From: a virus
Lineage: Duplodnaviria > Caudoviricetes
IMG/VR virus record: IMGVR_UViG_3300027777_000091
Coordinates: 1-32,281 of that record
Length of the DNA stretch: 32,281 nt
Strand: one strand, 5' to 3'
Every line of letters starts with the position of its first letter. Within the stretch, counting starts at the first letter, position 1. Of the stretch, positions 1 to 8,626 are shown piece after piece. A program made the position numbers and the translations under genes. The notes beneath the pieces are model-generated. The model was not told the origin of the DNA. It ran no database searches and worked only from the letters and a program-made list of their open reading frames with translations.

Positions 1-461
1 AGGTAGTACGCTACATCAGGGCCAGCATCAGAGGCTTGAATCGCTTGCGCCATCACGGTCGTGATTTTAAGACTTGGGTTGTACGCGACCTGTTCAAAGT
101 CATCGTACTTGGTCCGAGCCTCTTCTTCACGCTCGTGATACGCCTCAAGAATCTCCGTCTGTTGGCGCTGCTGCTCACGCTGCTCAATTAATTTGATTGC
201 TTTGGCCTCTGCGTAAGCATCAACCGAATCAAACTGATCTACAGGTGGAACATCAACGGCAACGTGCGGCGGTGCTTGACGCTCACGCTCCCACTTTCGC
301 TGTTCTCTTGCGAGACGTTTTTGAATCGCGGCATCAAGTTCCTCTTGCGAGAATGTCTTGGGCGAAACTTCCGGCGTATCTACTACAGGTTCTGGGGCTG
401 CCGTGGCTTCCAGTTCCGGCGCGGGCGCTACTTCCGCTTCAATCGCTACTTCTTCGGTCAT
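1..461 (-). CDS. Capsid scaffolding protein, N-terminal part (runs off the left edge; absent from the ORF track)
   Basis: Manual translation from ATG at 461: MTEEVAIEAEVAPAPELEATAAPEPVVDTPEVSPKTFSQEELDAAIQKRLAREQRKWERERQ...DDFEQVAYNPSLKITTVMAQAIQASDAGPDVAYY, open to position 1. Acidic Pro/Ala-rich N-terminus and the KTFSQEELDAAI..RLARE coiled-coil motif are typical of phage scaffolds. Confidence 0.8.
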   Translation of the reverse strand, partial: MTEEVAIEAEVAPAPELEATAAPEPVVDTPEVSPKTFSQEELDAAIQKRLAREQRKWERERQAPPHVAVDVPPVDQFDSVDAYAEAKAIKLIEQREQQRQQTEILEAYHEREEEARTKYDDFEQVAYNPSLKITTVMAQAIQASDAGPDVAYY

Positions 462-502
462 TGTGAATCCTGAGATTCCCCGGTGAGCCGCGCCGGTACG
501 GT

Positions 503-532
503 ATTATACGGTATTATTTAGCATTTTGTCAA
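503..532 (-). promoter_or_regulatory. Consensus sigma70 promoter for the scaffold/capsid operon
   Basis: Minus strand TTGACA (532-527), 18-nt spacer, TATAAT (508-503), about 40 nt upstream of the scaffold ATG. Confidence 0.75.
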
Positions 533-539
533 GTTGTGC

Positions 540-573
540 AAGCCTATACTGGTGGTCCGTACCAGTAAGGCTT
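540..573. repeat. Inverted repeat / stem-loop immediately after the beta-helix gene stop
   Basis: AAGCCT-A-TACTGGT-ggtccgt-ACCAGTA-AGGCTT: 13-bp stem with a one-base bulge and no U-tract. Confidence 0.7.
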
Positions 574-2041
574 AACATTTGTACAAATTTCTTACGTCAG
601 CTAAAGCATTGTTTTGAAGCATTGTGTTGTCAGCCAAATAACATTCTTGGATTTCAATAAAATCATTTGCCGCACAATTTATAGCAAGAAATTCAATGAT
701 TGTGTAAGCAGCATTAGACGCGGTTTGATCCAATTTAATGTATGTAGTTGTTACTGAGGCATTTGGTGGAAAGCCTAAAGAAACAGTGGGTGCGCCACCG
801 AAAGAACTGCCACTTAATTTAACATCCAATGTGCCAACAGTGCTGGCCTTATAAACAATAACTAAATATAGTTTTTGACCATCCAACCATTGGGAATTAT
901 TCACAAGAGTTGATTGCAAACCGATAATTGGAGTCGCGCCAATAACTGTGTTACAGGTATTTCTTCGACCATTATTTCCAATTAACGCAGATGTTGACGT
1001 AGTGTTGTTTGTTGTTGCTGTCCAATTTTTACCAAGGCGCTGGCAAAATACTTGATTTTGAGGGCCATAGTCTAATATGTCACCAGTGACTACTTGATTG
1101 CCGCCAGTTGTTGCTCCAATATCGCAGTCTTGAAAACGATATGTATTTTTACCGTCACCTGCAATTAGTTGTGATATTGAACCGTAAACTTGACCAGAAA
1201 CTTTTGCGTTTCTTATGACAACATTCCCTTGCGTACCTGTTATAGCAAATGAGTTAGTTGTGTAACCAAAAAACACAACTCCACTGTCAACAACAATGTT
1301 TCCACCATCTACAAAAAAAGATGGCCCATTAAGGTTTTCACCCATGTAACAGCCGTAGAACGCAGCACTTGTTACGTTCAAATACGCACCAAGTCCTGTA
1401 CCAAATTCAACATCGCAATTGTTAAACACAAGCGCCATGTTTCCGTCCAATGCAGTTCCATTGGATCGGGCATTAATACCAGTATTTGTGCATCCAATAA
1501 AACTGCAAGAATTTACAGTTGATCTGTGATTGCTACCCTCCAAGGTTATTCCGTTGTAGCAAGCATTAACTTGGCAATTTGAAAAAATACATAAAAATGA
1601 ATCAATCGCATAAATGCCAGCCGCACCTGTAGCAGATGCGTTTTTAATTAAACAAGTATCAATTTTTGCAAAATGACGATACCGCATGGAAATTGCCGAT
1701 GCGGTTACTAAACCATTCCCGTCAATAGTAAGATTGCTAATTAGCAAGGGAGAAATTTGAACATCACTTGCATCAGCAGCGTCAAAAATTGTTGTAATAG
1801 AAGAACGGGCTTTAATAATTGTCTGACTAATACCATCGCCAATAATATTAGGGTATTTGCCTTTTAAGTCTAATGTTGTAACCGAATACGTGCCAGTTGG
1901 AATCCACACAGTTTGACCGGTGTTAATCGCTGCTTGGATAGCAGCAGTGCTGTTAGCCACACCAGTTGAATCAGCACCGTAATCAAGGACGTTAACTGCG
2001 GCCCCGTTGATCATTGAGTACGAAACTTTGGTCAAAGACAT
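572..2041 (-). CDS. Pectate-lyase-superfamily right-handed beta-helix protein (tailspike/depolymerase-like)
   Basis: N-terminal VNVLDYGADSTGVANSTAAIQAAINTGQTVWIPTGTY is the Pectate_lyase_3 signature, followed by Asn/Cys/Ile beta-helix ladder repeats. Confidence 0.85.
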   Translation of the reverse strand: MSLTKVSYSMINGAAVNVLDYGADSTGVANSTAAIQAAINTGQTVWIPTGTYSVTTLDLKGKYPNIIGDGISQTIIKARSSITTIFDAADASDVQISPLLISNLTIDGNGLVTASAISMRYRHFAKIDTCLIKNASATGAAGIYAIDSFLCIFSNCQVNACYNGITLEGSNHRSTVNSCSFIGCTNTGINARSNGTALDGNMALVFNNCDVEFGTGLGAYLNVTSAAFYGCYMGENLNGPSFFVDGGNIVVDSGVVFFGYTTNSFAITGTQGNVVIRNAKVSGQVYGSISQLIAGDGKNTYRFQDCDIGATTGGNQVVTGDILDYGPQNQVFCQRLGKNWTATTNNTTSTSALIGNNGRRNTCNTVIGATPIIGLQSTLVNNSQWLDGQKLYLVIVYKASTVGTLDVKLSGSSFGGAPTVSLGFPPNASVTTTYIKLDQTASNAAYTIIEFLAINCAANDFIEIQECYLADNTMLQNNALADVRNLYKC

Positions 2042-2061
2042 TTGAATTCCTTAAATTTAAC

Positions 2062-2391
2062 CTATGCTGGAATTTGTTTCCAAGGCACGCCATAAATCAA
2101 AGATTGACTGTTTGCTTTCTGTATTTCGTCGCGCAAATTGGCTTCAATCTCAACAATTCTTTTTGGCTTTATTTTTTCCAAACCCCATTCCAAAACTTGT
2201 GACTCTGTAAGTTCTTCAAATTTCACAAAGGTTGTATCAGAAGGGTCTTTTTGATCAAGATGGACAAGTTCGGAATGGTATGCCAGTCCAACTTCTTGCA
2301 GACTAAATTCAATCAGTACACCAGTCACAACTCCTGAATCTAGAAATCGCTCTATGTTTGCAATTCTGTTTTTCATTATTATCTGCATCAA
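2062..2391 (-). CDS. Small fibre-associated protein (possible fibre chaperone)
   Basis: FVKFEELTESQVLEW and C-terminal GVPW motifs are seen in small proteins next to phage fibre genes; tightly packed with its neighbours. Confidence 0.55.
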   Translation of the reverse strand: MMQIIMKNRIANIERFLDSGVVTGVLIEFSLQEVGLAYHSELVHLDQKDPSDTTFVKFEELTESQVLEWGLEKIKPKRIVEIEANLRDEIQKANSQSLIYGVPWKQIPA

Positions 2392-2912
2392 GACAAACGG
2401 ATTGCAAAAAACATCCCGCCTGGCTGCGTTCCACCAGATGACTGGGTGTATTGAATATTCAATCCACTAACACTAATCACGCCAAGAGCAGATGTAACGA
2501 GTGGTGTAACACTCACATCCGTGTTATTTGCACGAACAATTGCTACTGAATGATATACGCTTGTCACGTTACCATTACAGTTTGCAATCACAAACCATGT
2601 CTGTGCAGCGCCAAGGTCTGCCAACGTAAATAACGTATTTGCTCCGGCAGGGAATGAAATTCCAGACTGGTGCAATGTTGTAAAGACGCCACCAATAGTT
2701 TTGTTGGTGTTGGTTGCACTTCCACCAGAACTGGTTGTGCCAAACCGTGTTTCGCCAGTTGTTTCAACAGTGGAAGCATTAATAGCTCGACCAGCGGTCA
2801 AGTTTGCAACAGATACTTGTTTGGTAGTGCTGCCCTGAACAATAGGCAAAACTTCCGTGCCAGCAAGCGGCGTTGTTGCCCCTGTTAGCGCGGAAATTTT
2901 ACTGTTAGACAT
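2388..2912 (-). CDS. Short tail fibre / adaptor-like virion protein
   Basis: N-terminal SKISALTGATTPLAGTEVLPIVQGSTTKQVSV fibre-anchor motif; Thr/Gly/Ser-rich beta C-terminus. Confidence 0.6.
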   Translation of the reverse strand: MSNSKISALTGATTPLAGTEVLPIVQGSTTKQVSVANLTAGRAINASTVETTGETRFGTTSSGGSATNTNKTIGGVFTTLHQSGISFPAGANTLFTLADLGAAQTWFVIANCNGNVTSVYHSVAIVRANNTDVSVTPLVTSALGVISVSGLNIQYTQSSGGTQPGGMFFAIRLS

Positions 2913-3405
2913 ATAGCACTTCGATGCTGGCCGTGTATGGAGGAGCGGTTGAGAACGTCAGCGAAGTACCAACAACCGTGTATGTGTTTTTTTGCTGGTA
3001 CACACCATTGATGTACACCTGAGTGGTGTTTTCATTAAACGGCGCGTTGGCAAGAGTGAACACAGTTTGAGAACCAGTGCCGGTAAAATTCTCTACAAGA
3101 CCAGCGCCGGAAATGCCAGTAATGTTGTCGGCGCTCCACAACTGCGTATCGACGCTGGTGTTAAGTACAAATTTGTACGAAACGCCAGTAAGCAACCAGA
3201 TCTGCCCGCCAGCAGACACTCGACCCGCAGAATCCAAAATAATTGGATTGGCATGGGCAGTTGCACCGCTGACAGTAGTATAAGTGGCTTGCGGAGTGGT
3301 AGTACCGGCAGCGTATGTGTACAGTTTGCCGCCAGTCAACGGAGCGCCGTTGTTGTCAAAAAACTGCCAACCCGCACCACCAATCGGTGAAAGACTAACG
3401 GCCAT
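2905..3405 (-). CDS. Tailspike head-binding-like N-terminal domain plus small beta-sandwich domain
   Basis: QFFDNNGAPLTGGKLYTYAAGTTTPQATYT...NPIILDSAGR resembles particle-attachment domains of podovirus spikes; C-terminal FTGTGSQTVFTL...VYINGVYQ...LTFSTAPP module. Confidence 0.65.
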   Translation of the reverse strand: MAVSLSPIGGAGWQFFDNNGAPLTGGKLYTYAAGTTTPQATYTTVSGATAHANPIILDSAGRVSAGGQIWLLTGVSYKFVLNTSVDTQLWSADNITGISGAGLVENFTGTGSQTVFTLANAPFNENTTQVYINGVYQQKNTYTVVGTSLTFSTAPPYTASIEVLYV

Positions 3406-3413
3406 TTTGTGTC

Positions 3414-3902
3414 CTACGCAGTAAGTGCAGCAACTTTATCTTGGAACGCTTTGATGCGGGCGTCCAAGGCGGCAGTCTGGGCTTTCAAATCGGCTTGTTG
3501 GCTATCAATATCAACCTGGGCAGCAGTCTGATAAGCCTCACGATCTGCCACAGCTTTCTCGCGCAACTCAACCGCAGTCTCACGGTCTACCGCATCGGCA
3601 AGCGCAGCCTTAGCCTGGGCATTTAGATCTTTGGCTTTGGCCTTGGCATCAGCAAGTTCCTGCTTTGCCGCTGCGCGGTCAGTTGCTGCATCAGCCCGTA
3701 GTGAGGCTGCTTCTGCGTTAGCCGCATCTAGCTCTTGCTTGGCGCGTTCTCGGTCAGCCATCGCATCTTGGGCGGCAGACAAAGCACCCTGTCGAACAGC
3801 CAGCTCGTCACGCAACGCGGCCATGTTAGCCAGATCAATTGGAAACTGCTTGGTGAAATAATCAACGTAGTTCACAGCAGCGGAGTCGTTAGAGACTTGC
3901 AT
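3414..3902 (-). CDS. Ala-rich coiled-coil protein (162 aa), function unknown
   Basis: Start moved to ATG 3902 (GAGG RBS upstream, just after the stop of the 3910-4215 gene); continuous heptad pattern. Confidence 0.7.
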   Translation of the reverse strand: MQVSNDSAAVNYVDYFTKQFPIDLANMAALRDELAVRQGALSAAQDAMADRERAKQELDAANAEAASLRADAATDRAAAKQELADAKAKAKDLNAQAKAALADAVDRETAVELREKAVADREAYQTAAQVDIDSQQADLKAQTAALDARIKAFQDKVAALTA

Positions 3903-3909
3903 TTCAACC

Positions 3910-4215
3910 TCAAGAATAATAGGTGATGTTGAGTTTGGCGCTGGCAGTCTGTTCAATGAACTGGATCTGAGACAGATCACCGTCGTACTGCAACGTAACA
4001 CCAGCAGCTAACGGCATCCCAACTGTAGCGGTAGGGGCCACGCCATCGTCCCGCCAACGCACTGCTTGCGTCTCAGGCGTAATGATCGCAATCCGAGGTG
4101 AGCCAATCAATCCGCTTATATCGCGGGGCGGCACGGTCAGTTTGGTAGCAGAACTCAGACTTGTGATCTGCTGATACCCCATTACAGAGGTAATCGCCTT
4201 GAGGTTAATAGCCAT
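3910..4215 (-). CDS. Conserved phage beta-rich virion protein
   Basis: AAGGAG RBS; GYQQITSLSSAT...VRWRDDGVAPTATVGMPL motif; lies in the structural operon. Confidence 0.7.
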   Translation of the reverse strand: MAINLKAITSVMGYQQITSLSSATKLTVPPRDISGLIGSPRIAIITPETQAVRWRDDGVAPTATVGMPLAAGVTLQYDGDLSQIQFIEQTASAKLNITYYS

Positions 4216-4331
4216 TAGAATCTCCTTCTTTCGGTAAATGACCGAAGTTTAATCAACAATTGTTCTGCGCCAGTGACAACAGACTGAAAAAAATCTCCAG
4301 CAAAAAAAGCACCGCCAAAAAATGAGTTCAT
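4215..4331 (-). CDS. 38-aa Phe-rich microprotein (absent from the ORF track)
   Basis: MNSFFGGAFFAGDFFQSVVTGAEQLLIKLRSFTERRRF; ATGA overlap with the upstream gene and TAATG overlap with the downstream gene. Confidence 0.7.
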   Translation of the reverse strand: MNSFFGGAFFAGDFFQSVVTGAEQLLIKLRSFTERRRF

Positions 4332-4744
4332 GTCGGCCAAGTAATTTTAAACGGGTCATCTTGCGTAGTTATATCACGAAGTGCTTGGCGATAGGTTGTC
4401 CATTTTGCCTTGTCTACCAGGGAATCTTCTAACTGCGTCCAGTCTGAATCTTTGAGCATCTGGTTACGCTGACTACGGATCACGGACCATTGGGTGTCAA
4501 TACGTGACTGAAGTTCTTCAGCGGTCAACGGCTCAACGTCAACGATGCAGCACATCCCGTCATACAGATGCGGGGCAGCAGATACCAGCTTTTCCGTTGT
4601 GTGGTCGTAGGGTTTCCACACTGTGATGACGTAGTAACCTTGCTCGGCAACCCAATCAAGAGTAGGACCGCGATCACCGAACGAAGTGTTGGGAAACCAC
4701 TCTGTGTGGTCTTTAATAATGAGGTCTTGGTTAGAAAGCTGCAT
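4328..4744 (-). CDS. Tail fibre assembly chaperone
   Basis: C-terminal WSVIRSQRNQMLKDSDWTQ...WTTYRQALRDIT...ITWP is the phage tail-assembly-chaperone signature. Confidence 0.85.
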   Translation of the reverse strand: MQLSNQDLIIKDHTEWFPNTSFGDRGPTLDWVAEQGYYVITVWKPYDHTTEKLVSAAPHLYDGMCCIVDVEPLTAEELQSRIDTQWSVIRSQRNQMLKDSDWTQLEDSLVDKAKWTTYRQALRDITTQDDPFKITWPT

Positions 4745-4746
4745 GA

Positions 4747-6843
4747 CTACCTCGTTGGGAATGCTGCGGTTGGCGTTGTGGTTACAGTGCGAGCAAAACC
4801 TCTGGTAATTCGAACGTCTTGGAGATAGCCGTTAAGTGGGTTTGTTCCAGTACGGCTAGCTCCAACGTACAAAATATTAGTCTGGTTAAAGTTGTCCGTC
4901 ACAGCGCCGCCGCTAGTGGCTTCAAGCGTTCCGTTAATATAAATTTTGAGGTTCCCGGTTGCAGACCCAGACCTAACTACCGCAAAGTAATACCAAGTTG
5001 TTGCTGCCAGCGTAGTCGTTGCGCCCGTCAAGGTTGATGCGGTGTAGGCAAATTGCAAACGATTGCTAGACGTTACGTTTACAGACCATCCAGTGCTTGC
5101 CGTACCCTTGCTTACAAGTCCGTAAGCCACACCGTTTGCAGACAAATAAAACCATCCCTCAACCGTAAAGTCACTTGTGCCAAGCTGAAGTTGCGGACCG
5201 TCAATAGACGTTAACCAATCCCCAGTGCCATCAAACTTCATGCTTGTTGGCGACCACTTTGATACCGTGGTTGACGATTGAGCATCCCCAACTGTGATCG
5301 CGTTGTTTTGAACAGAGGCGTCATAAACCCCCGAATTTGTAAAGTCAAGAAGTAGACTGGTGTTTGCCGCCGCAAAAGTTATATCTACGTTGGTCGTGCT
5401 TGAATAACTTGCCGCGCTTGTAGAACCGGCAGTTTTTATTGGTGCCAAGGTTGGCGGGGCAAATGCGCCGGTGTAAACCGGGGTGCCTTTTACTATTCTA
5501 ATATTTGAAGAATAACCATTTAAAGGTAAAGTAGCCGTTCTACTAGCAGAAATGTACATTATGCTAGTTTGGTTAAAGTTATCGGTTACTGCGCCCGCAC
5601 TTGCAACCTCCTGTACACCGTTAATATAAATTTTTAAATTACCAACCGAACTACCAGATCGAACTACTGCAATGTGGTACCAAGCATTTTGAACAAGCGT
5701 TGTAGTTGCACCCGTTAAGTTTGACGCTGTGTAACTAAATTGAATTCTTGCGCCAGTAGTAGTGTTTAATGACCAACCAGTTGTGGCAGTACCTTTGCTG
5801 ATCAAATTGTAAGCAGTTGAAGTGGCCCCAGAAATGTAGAACCAACCTTCAATTGTAAAATCTCCAGCAGCAAGTTGCAATGCCGCATTGTCAGCAATAC
5901 TTAAATAATCGGTGCTCCCGTTAAAATAACCGCTCGCCCCATACGCTGCAGTAGTATAAGAGGCGACGGGTGAGAATGGCTGAAATGCTTGGGCTATGGG
6001 AGTCCCGTTAACCGTAATAGCAAAAGTATTAGGGCTATTGTTAATAAATCGGTTGCTTTGGCAAGTGAGAAATGATGTTTGGGTTCCAGTAATTTGGGAA
6101 ATGTTGGTGCCAGAAGACTGCGTTGAAGCAAGCGGGGTTGTTGGCGGCGTAAATGCCCCTGTATAAACGCCAACACCTTTAACAATTCGCAATGAAGAAA
6201 TGTAACCAATCATTGAGGTGGTGGCGCCCTCTGTTGAATATCTCCCCACATTAGTAAAAAGTGCTGAGTTAATTGTTACGGCAGACGTTGCCGTTCCTCT
6301 AGATACCCCGTTTACATACAGGGCAAATGCGCTTCCAATACGAACTGCTGCAATGTGGTTCCACACCCCTGTTTTTATAAGACCCGTAGCAGACGTAATA
6401 TTTGCTTGGGTTGCGCCAGAACACCATCCAAGATAAACAGCACCCGTTGAAAGAACAACAAAAAGAACACCAAGGTCGGTGTTTGATTGTGCGGCGTTTT
6501 TTTCTTGTATTGTTATGTATCGATTGTTGCTTAAATCGTTGACGTTGACCCACGCCTCAATAGTAAAATCTGACGCACCAAATTGAAGCGGGGCAGTGTT
6601 TGATGTTGTTAAATAATCCGCGCCACTAAAATAATTACTCCAATACCCATTAGGCCAATACGGAGTGACAGAACCTTGTGTTGGAGTGCCGTTACGGGTG
6701 ATGGTGAATGTGTTGCTGCTGGAATCTAAGAACGTGTTGTTCTGCTGCCCGTTTGTGCTGGTTGTCTCCAACAGCAGAGGAACATACGGAAAATATGGGT
6801 CCGCAGCCGCCGCTGCTTGGCCTGATTTAGATGCAGCAAACAT
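4747..6843 (-). CDS. Concanavalin A-like lectin/glucanase (LamG) repeat adhesin, three domains
   Basis: Three DFT(I/V)E(A/G)W ... W(N/Y)xxAxVR ... LYVNG/IYING ... (L/I/V)RIxxG units. Confidence 0.85.
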   Translation of the reverse strand: MFAASKSGQAAAAADPYFPYVPLLLETTSTNGQQNNTFLDSSSNTFTITRNGTPTQGSVTPYWPNGYWSNYFSGADYLTTSNTAPLQFGASDFTIEAWVNVNDLSNNRYITIQEKNAAQSNTDLGVLFVVLSTGAVYLGWCSGATQANITSATGLIKTGVWNHIAAVRIGSAFALYVNGVSRGTATSAVTINSALFTNVGRYSTEGATTSMIGYISSLRIVKGVGVYTGAFTPPTTPLASTQSSGTNISQITGTQTSFLTCQSNRFINNSPNTFAITVNGTPIAQAFQPFSPVASYTTAAYGASGYFNGSTDYLSIADNAALQLAAGDFTIEGWFYISGATSTAYNLISKGTATTGWSLNTTTGARIQFSYTASNLTGATTTLVQNAWYHIAVVRSGSSVGNLKIYINGVQEVASAGAVTDNFNQTSIMYISASRTATLPLNGYSSNIRIVKGTPVYTGAFAPPTLAPIKTAGSTSAASYSSTTNVDITFAAANTSLLLDFTNSGVYDASVQNNAITVGDAQSSTTVSKWSPTSMKFDGTGDWLTSIDGPQLQLGTSDFTVEGWFYLSANGVAYGLVSKGTASTGWSVNVTSSNRLQFAYTASTLTGATTTLAATTWYYFAVVRSGSATGNLKIYINGTLEATSGGAVTDNFNQTNILYVGASRTGTNPLNGYLQDVRITRGFARTVTTTPTAAFPTR

Positions 6844-8081
6844 TATGTGTAGTTCTGCCCAATAGTCGTTCCGTACCAGCTAGTTCCGTCAGAGAAGAAC
6901 GAATAGATGTCCTTCTTGCTGGCGGTGCTAGTAATTGTGGGTGCGGTCGCTGAAGGCCATGATACTGTTGACCAAGTAACCGTCCGGCTTCCAGTGGCGT
7001 CTTGTGCCAAAATAATAATAAATGACTTGCCAGCCACCGCTGTGGGCATTGTGATCGTTGCGTTACCAGTCAACGTCAGAATTTGAACCGTACCGTTAGT
7101 TAAAGCAACAGTAATTGCGGTGCTGGTGTTGGCTGTATACGCCGTCTCAACATAGTTAGTGACCGTTGGGTTGGTCAGCGCAGGCGTATTGTTAAAGACC
7201 AATATCCCTGTGCCAGTCTCATCAGTAACCGCTGAGATTAAATTGGCGCTGGATGGTGTGGCTAAGAATGTAGCAACGTTAGTTCCTAACCCTGAAACGC
7301 CTGTAGATATTGGCAATCCAGTCGCGTTAGTCAACGTCCCACTTGATGGAGTGCCTAAAGCTCCACCGCTAACCAATAATGTTCCAGTAGCATCAGGAAG
7401 CGTTAACGTGCGGCTAGCAGTAAGCGTTGTTGGGGTAAGTGTTACGCCATAGCTAGATGTGCCGCCAGCTCGCCCTTGCAGGATTACAGAGTCTTGCGTT
7501 GCCGCCGCTCTAGCCGTTGCAGTAGTAAACGCCCCGGTCGTCGGAGTCGTAGCGCCAACAGTACCGTTGATGTTGATTGATGCGGTGCCGGTTAGATTTG
7601 TTACTACACCGGCAGAGGGGGTTCCAAGATCCCCACCGTTGACTACAAAAGCCCCAGAAGAACCCGTATTTATGCCAAGCGCCGTGACAACCCCAGTGCC
7701 AGTCGTAACTGTAGAAGGCGCAGAACCAGCCCCGCCGCCGACAACCAGCGCATTAGAAGCAAGCGCGGCGCTGGAAGCCCAGGTCGTGCCGCTTGAAAAA
7801 TACGGCACGCCACCGCTTGTACCGGCAACCGTTAGGGCCAGCGTTCCGGAAGTAGAAACTGGAGAACCAGTAACAGAAACAATACCGCCAGTAAACGATT
7901 GGCCTACGGAAGTAACAGTACCAACCGCCGCGTAAGCAAGGCTATTCCAAGCCGTTGACCCAGTGCCAATCTTAAACTTTCCGGTATCTGTCTCTGCGCC
8001 TAATTCACCAACAGCGAGCGTAGGATTAGCAGAAGTCCATTGAGCGGCAGTGCCATTTCTAAGTTGAATCTGAACGGCCAT
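6843..8081 (-). CDS. Tail fibre with major-tropism-determinant-like N-terminal domain
   Basis: IQLRNGTAAQWTSANPTLAVGELGAETDTGKFKIGTGSTAWNSLAY is the Mtd_N motif; Gly/Thr-rich shaft (LGTPSSGTLTN repeats); C-terminal QDATGSRTVTW domain. Confidence 0.8.
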   Translation of the reverse strand: MAVQIQLRNGTAAQWTSANPTLAVGELGAETDTGKFKIGTGSTAWNSLAYAAVGTVTSVGQSFTGGIVSVTGSPVSTSGTLALTVAGTSGGVPYFSSGTTWASSAALASNALVVGGGAGSAPSTVTTGTGVVTALGINTGSSGAFVVNGGDLGTPSAGVVTNLTGTASININGTVGATTPTTGAFTTATARAAATQDSVILQGRAGGTSSYGVTLTPTTLTASRTLTLPDATGTLLVSGGALGTPSSGTLTNATGLPISTGVSGLGTNVATFLATPSSANLISAVTDETGTGILVFNNTPALTNPTVTNYVETAYTANTSTAITVALTNGTVQILTLTGNATITMPTAVAGKSFIIILAQDATGSRTVTWSTVSWPSATAPTITSTASKKDIYSFFSDGTSWYGTTIGQNYT

Positions 8082-8626
8082 TACGGTGTACCTCCGTCAA
8101 TTGCGGTGATCCCGCCATAATTGCTGCTTGGCGTGCCGCCGTCCAAGTTAGGACTACCCCCGCCGCCAGTATATTGCGGGATATTAAGCGTGGTGCCATT
8201 AAACGTGGCTGCGCCAGAACTTCCAGTTGTAGTCAGCGTAATAGGCGACTGATAGTCTGTGTTTGCCGTTGCAGCACTGATTGCAGTGCCATTTCCTTTG
8301 AGTAGCCCAGTAACGGTCGTAGAAAGGCTTATCGCAGGGGTTGTAGTGGGGTTGGTTACAGTGCCTGCAAGTCCGTTTGCCGAAGTAACAGAAACGCTTG
8401 TAACAGACCCGGAACCCCCACCACCCGACGAATTAATTGTCTGATTAGGCCAGGTTCCGGTGATCGTGACGTTTGTACCGGCCACTAATGCTGGCGTTGC
8501 CGTGCCGGTGCCGCCGTTTGCTACGTCTAAAACACCAGTAAACGAGTGTGTGGCATTCCACGCAGCCGCGCCAGTGGCGCTAAACGAGCCGTCCGCTGGC
8601 GTAGTGTGGGTTACCGAAATTGTCAT
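8081..8626 (-). CDS. Gly/Thr-rich fibre-like virion protein
   Basis: VANGGTG, GSVTSVSV, TTTPAISL and C-terminal LDGG/IDGG motifs are common in fibres. Confidence 0.65.
   Translation of the reverse strand: MTISVTHTTPADGSFSATGAAAWNATHSFTGVLDVANGGTGTATPALVAGTNVTITGTWPNQTINSSGGGGSGSVTSVSVTSANGLAGTVTNPTTTPAISLSTTVTGLLKGNGTAISAATANTDYQSPITLTTTGSSGAATFNGTTLNIPQYTGGGGSPNLDGGTPSSNYGGITAIDGGTP

Noticed and set aside
197-473. Plus-strand ORFs of 89 and 69 aa
   Set aside because: They are antisense shadows of the scaffold gene on the - strand.
7159-7935. Long plus-strand Val/Pro/Ala-rich ORFs opposite the fibre genes
   Set aside because: Typical stop-free antisense frames of Gly/Thr-rich fibre codons; no independent evidence of expression.
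6843-8081. Diversity-generating retroelement suggested by the Mtd-like N-terminus
   Set aside because: No reverse transcriptase and no adenine-mismatched TR/VR repeat pair seen; Mtd_N is only a fibre anchor domain.
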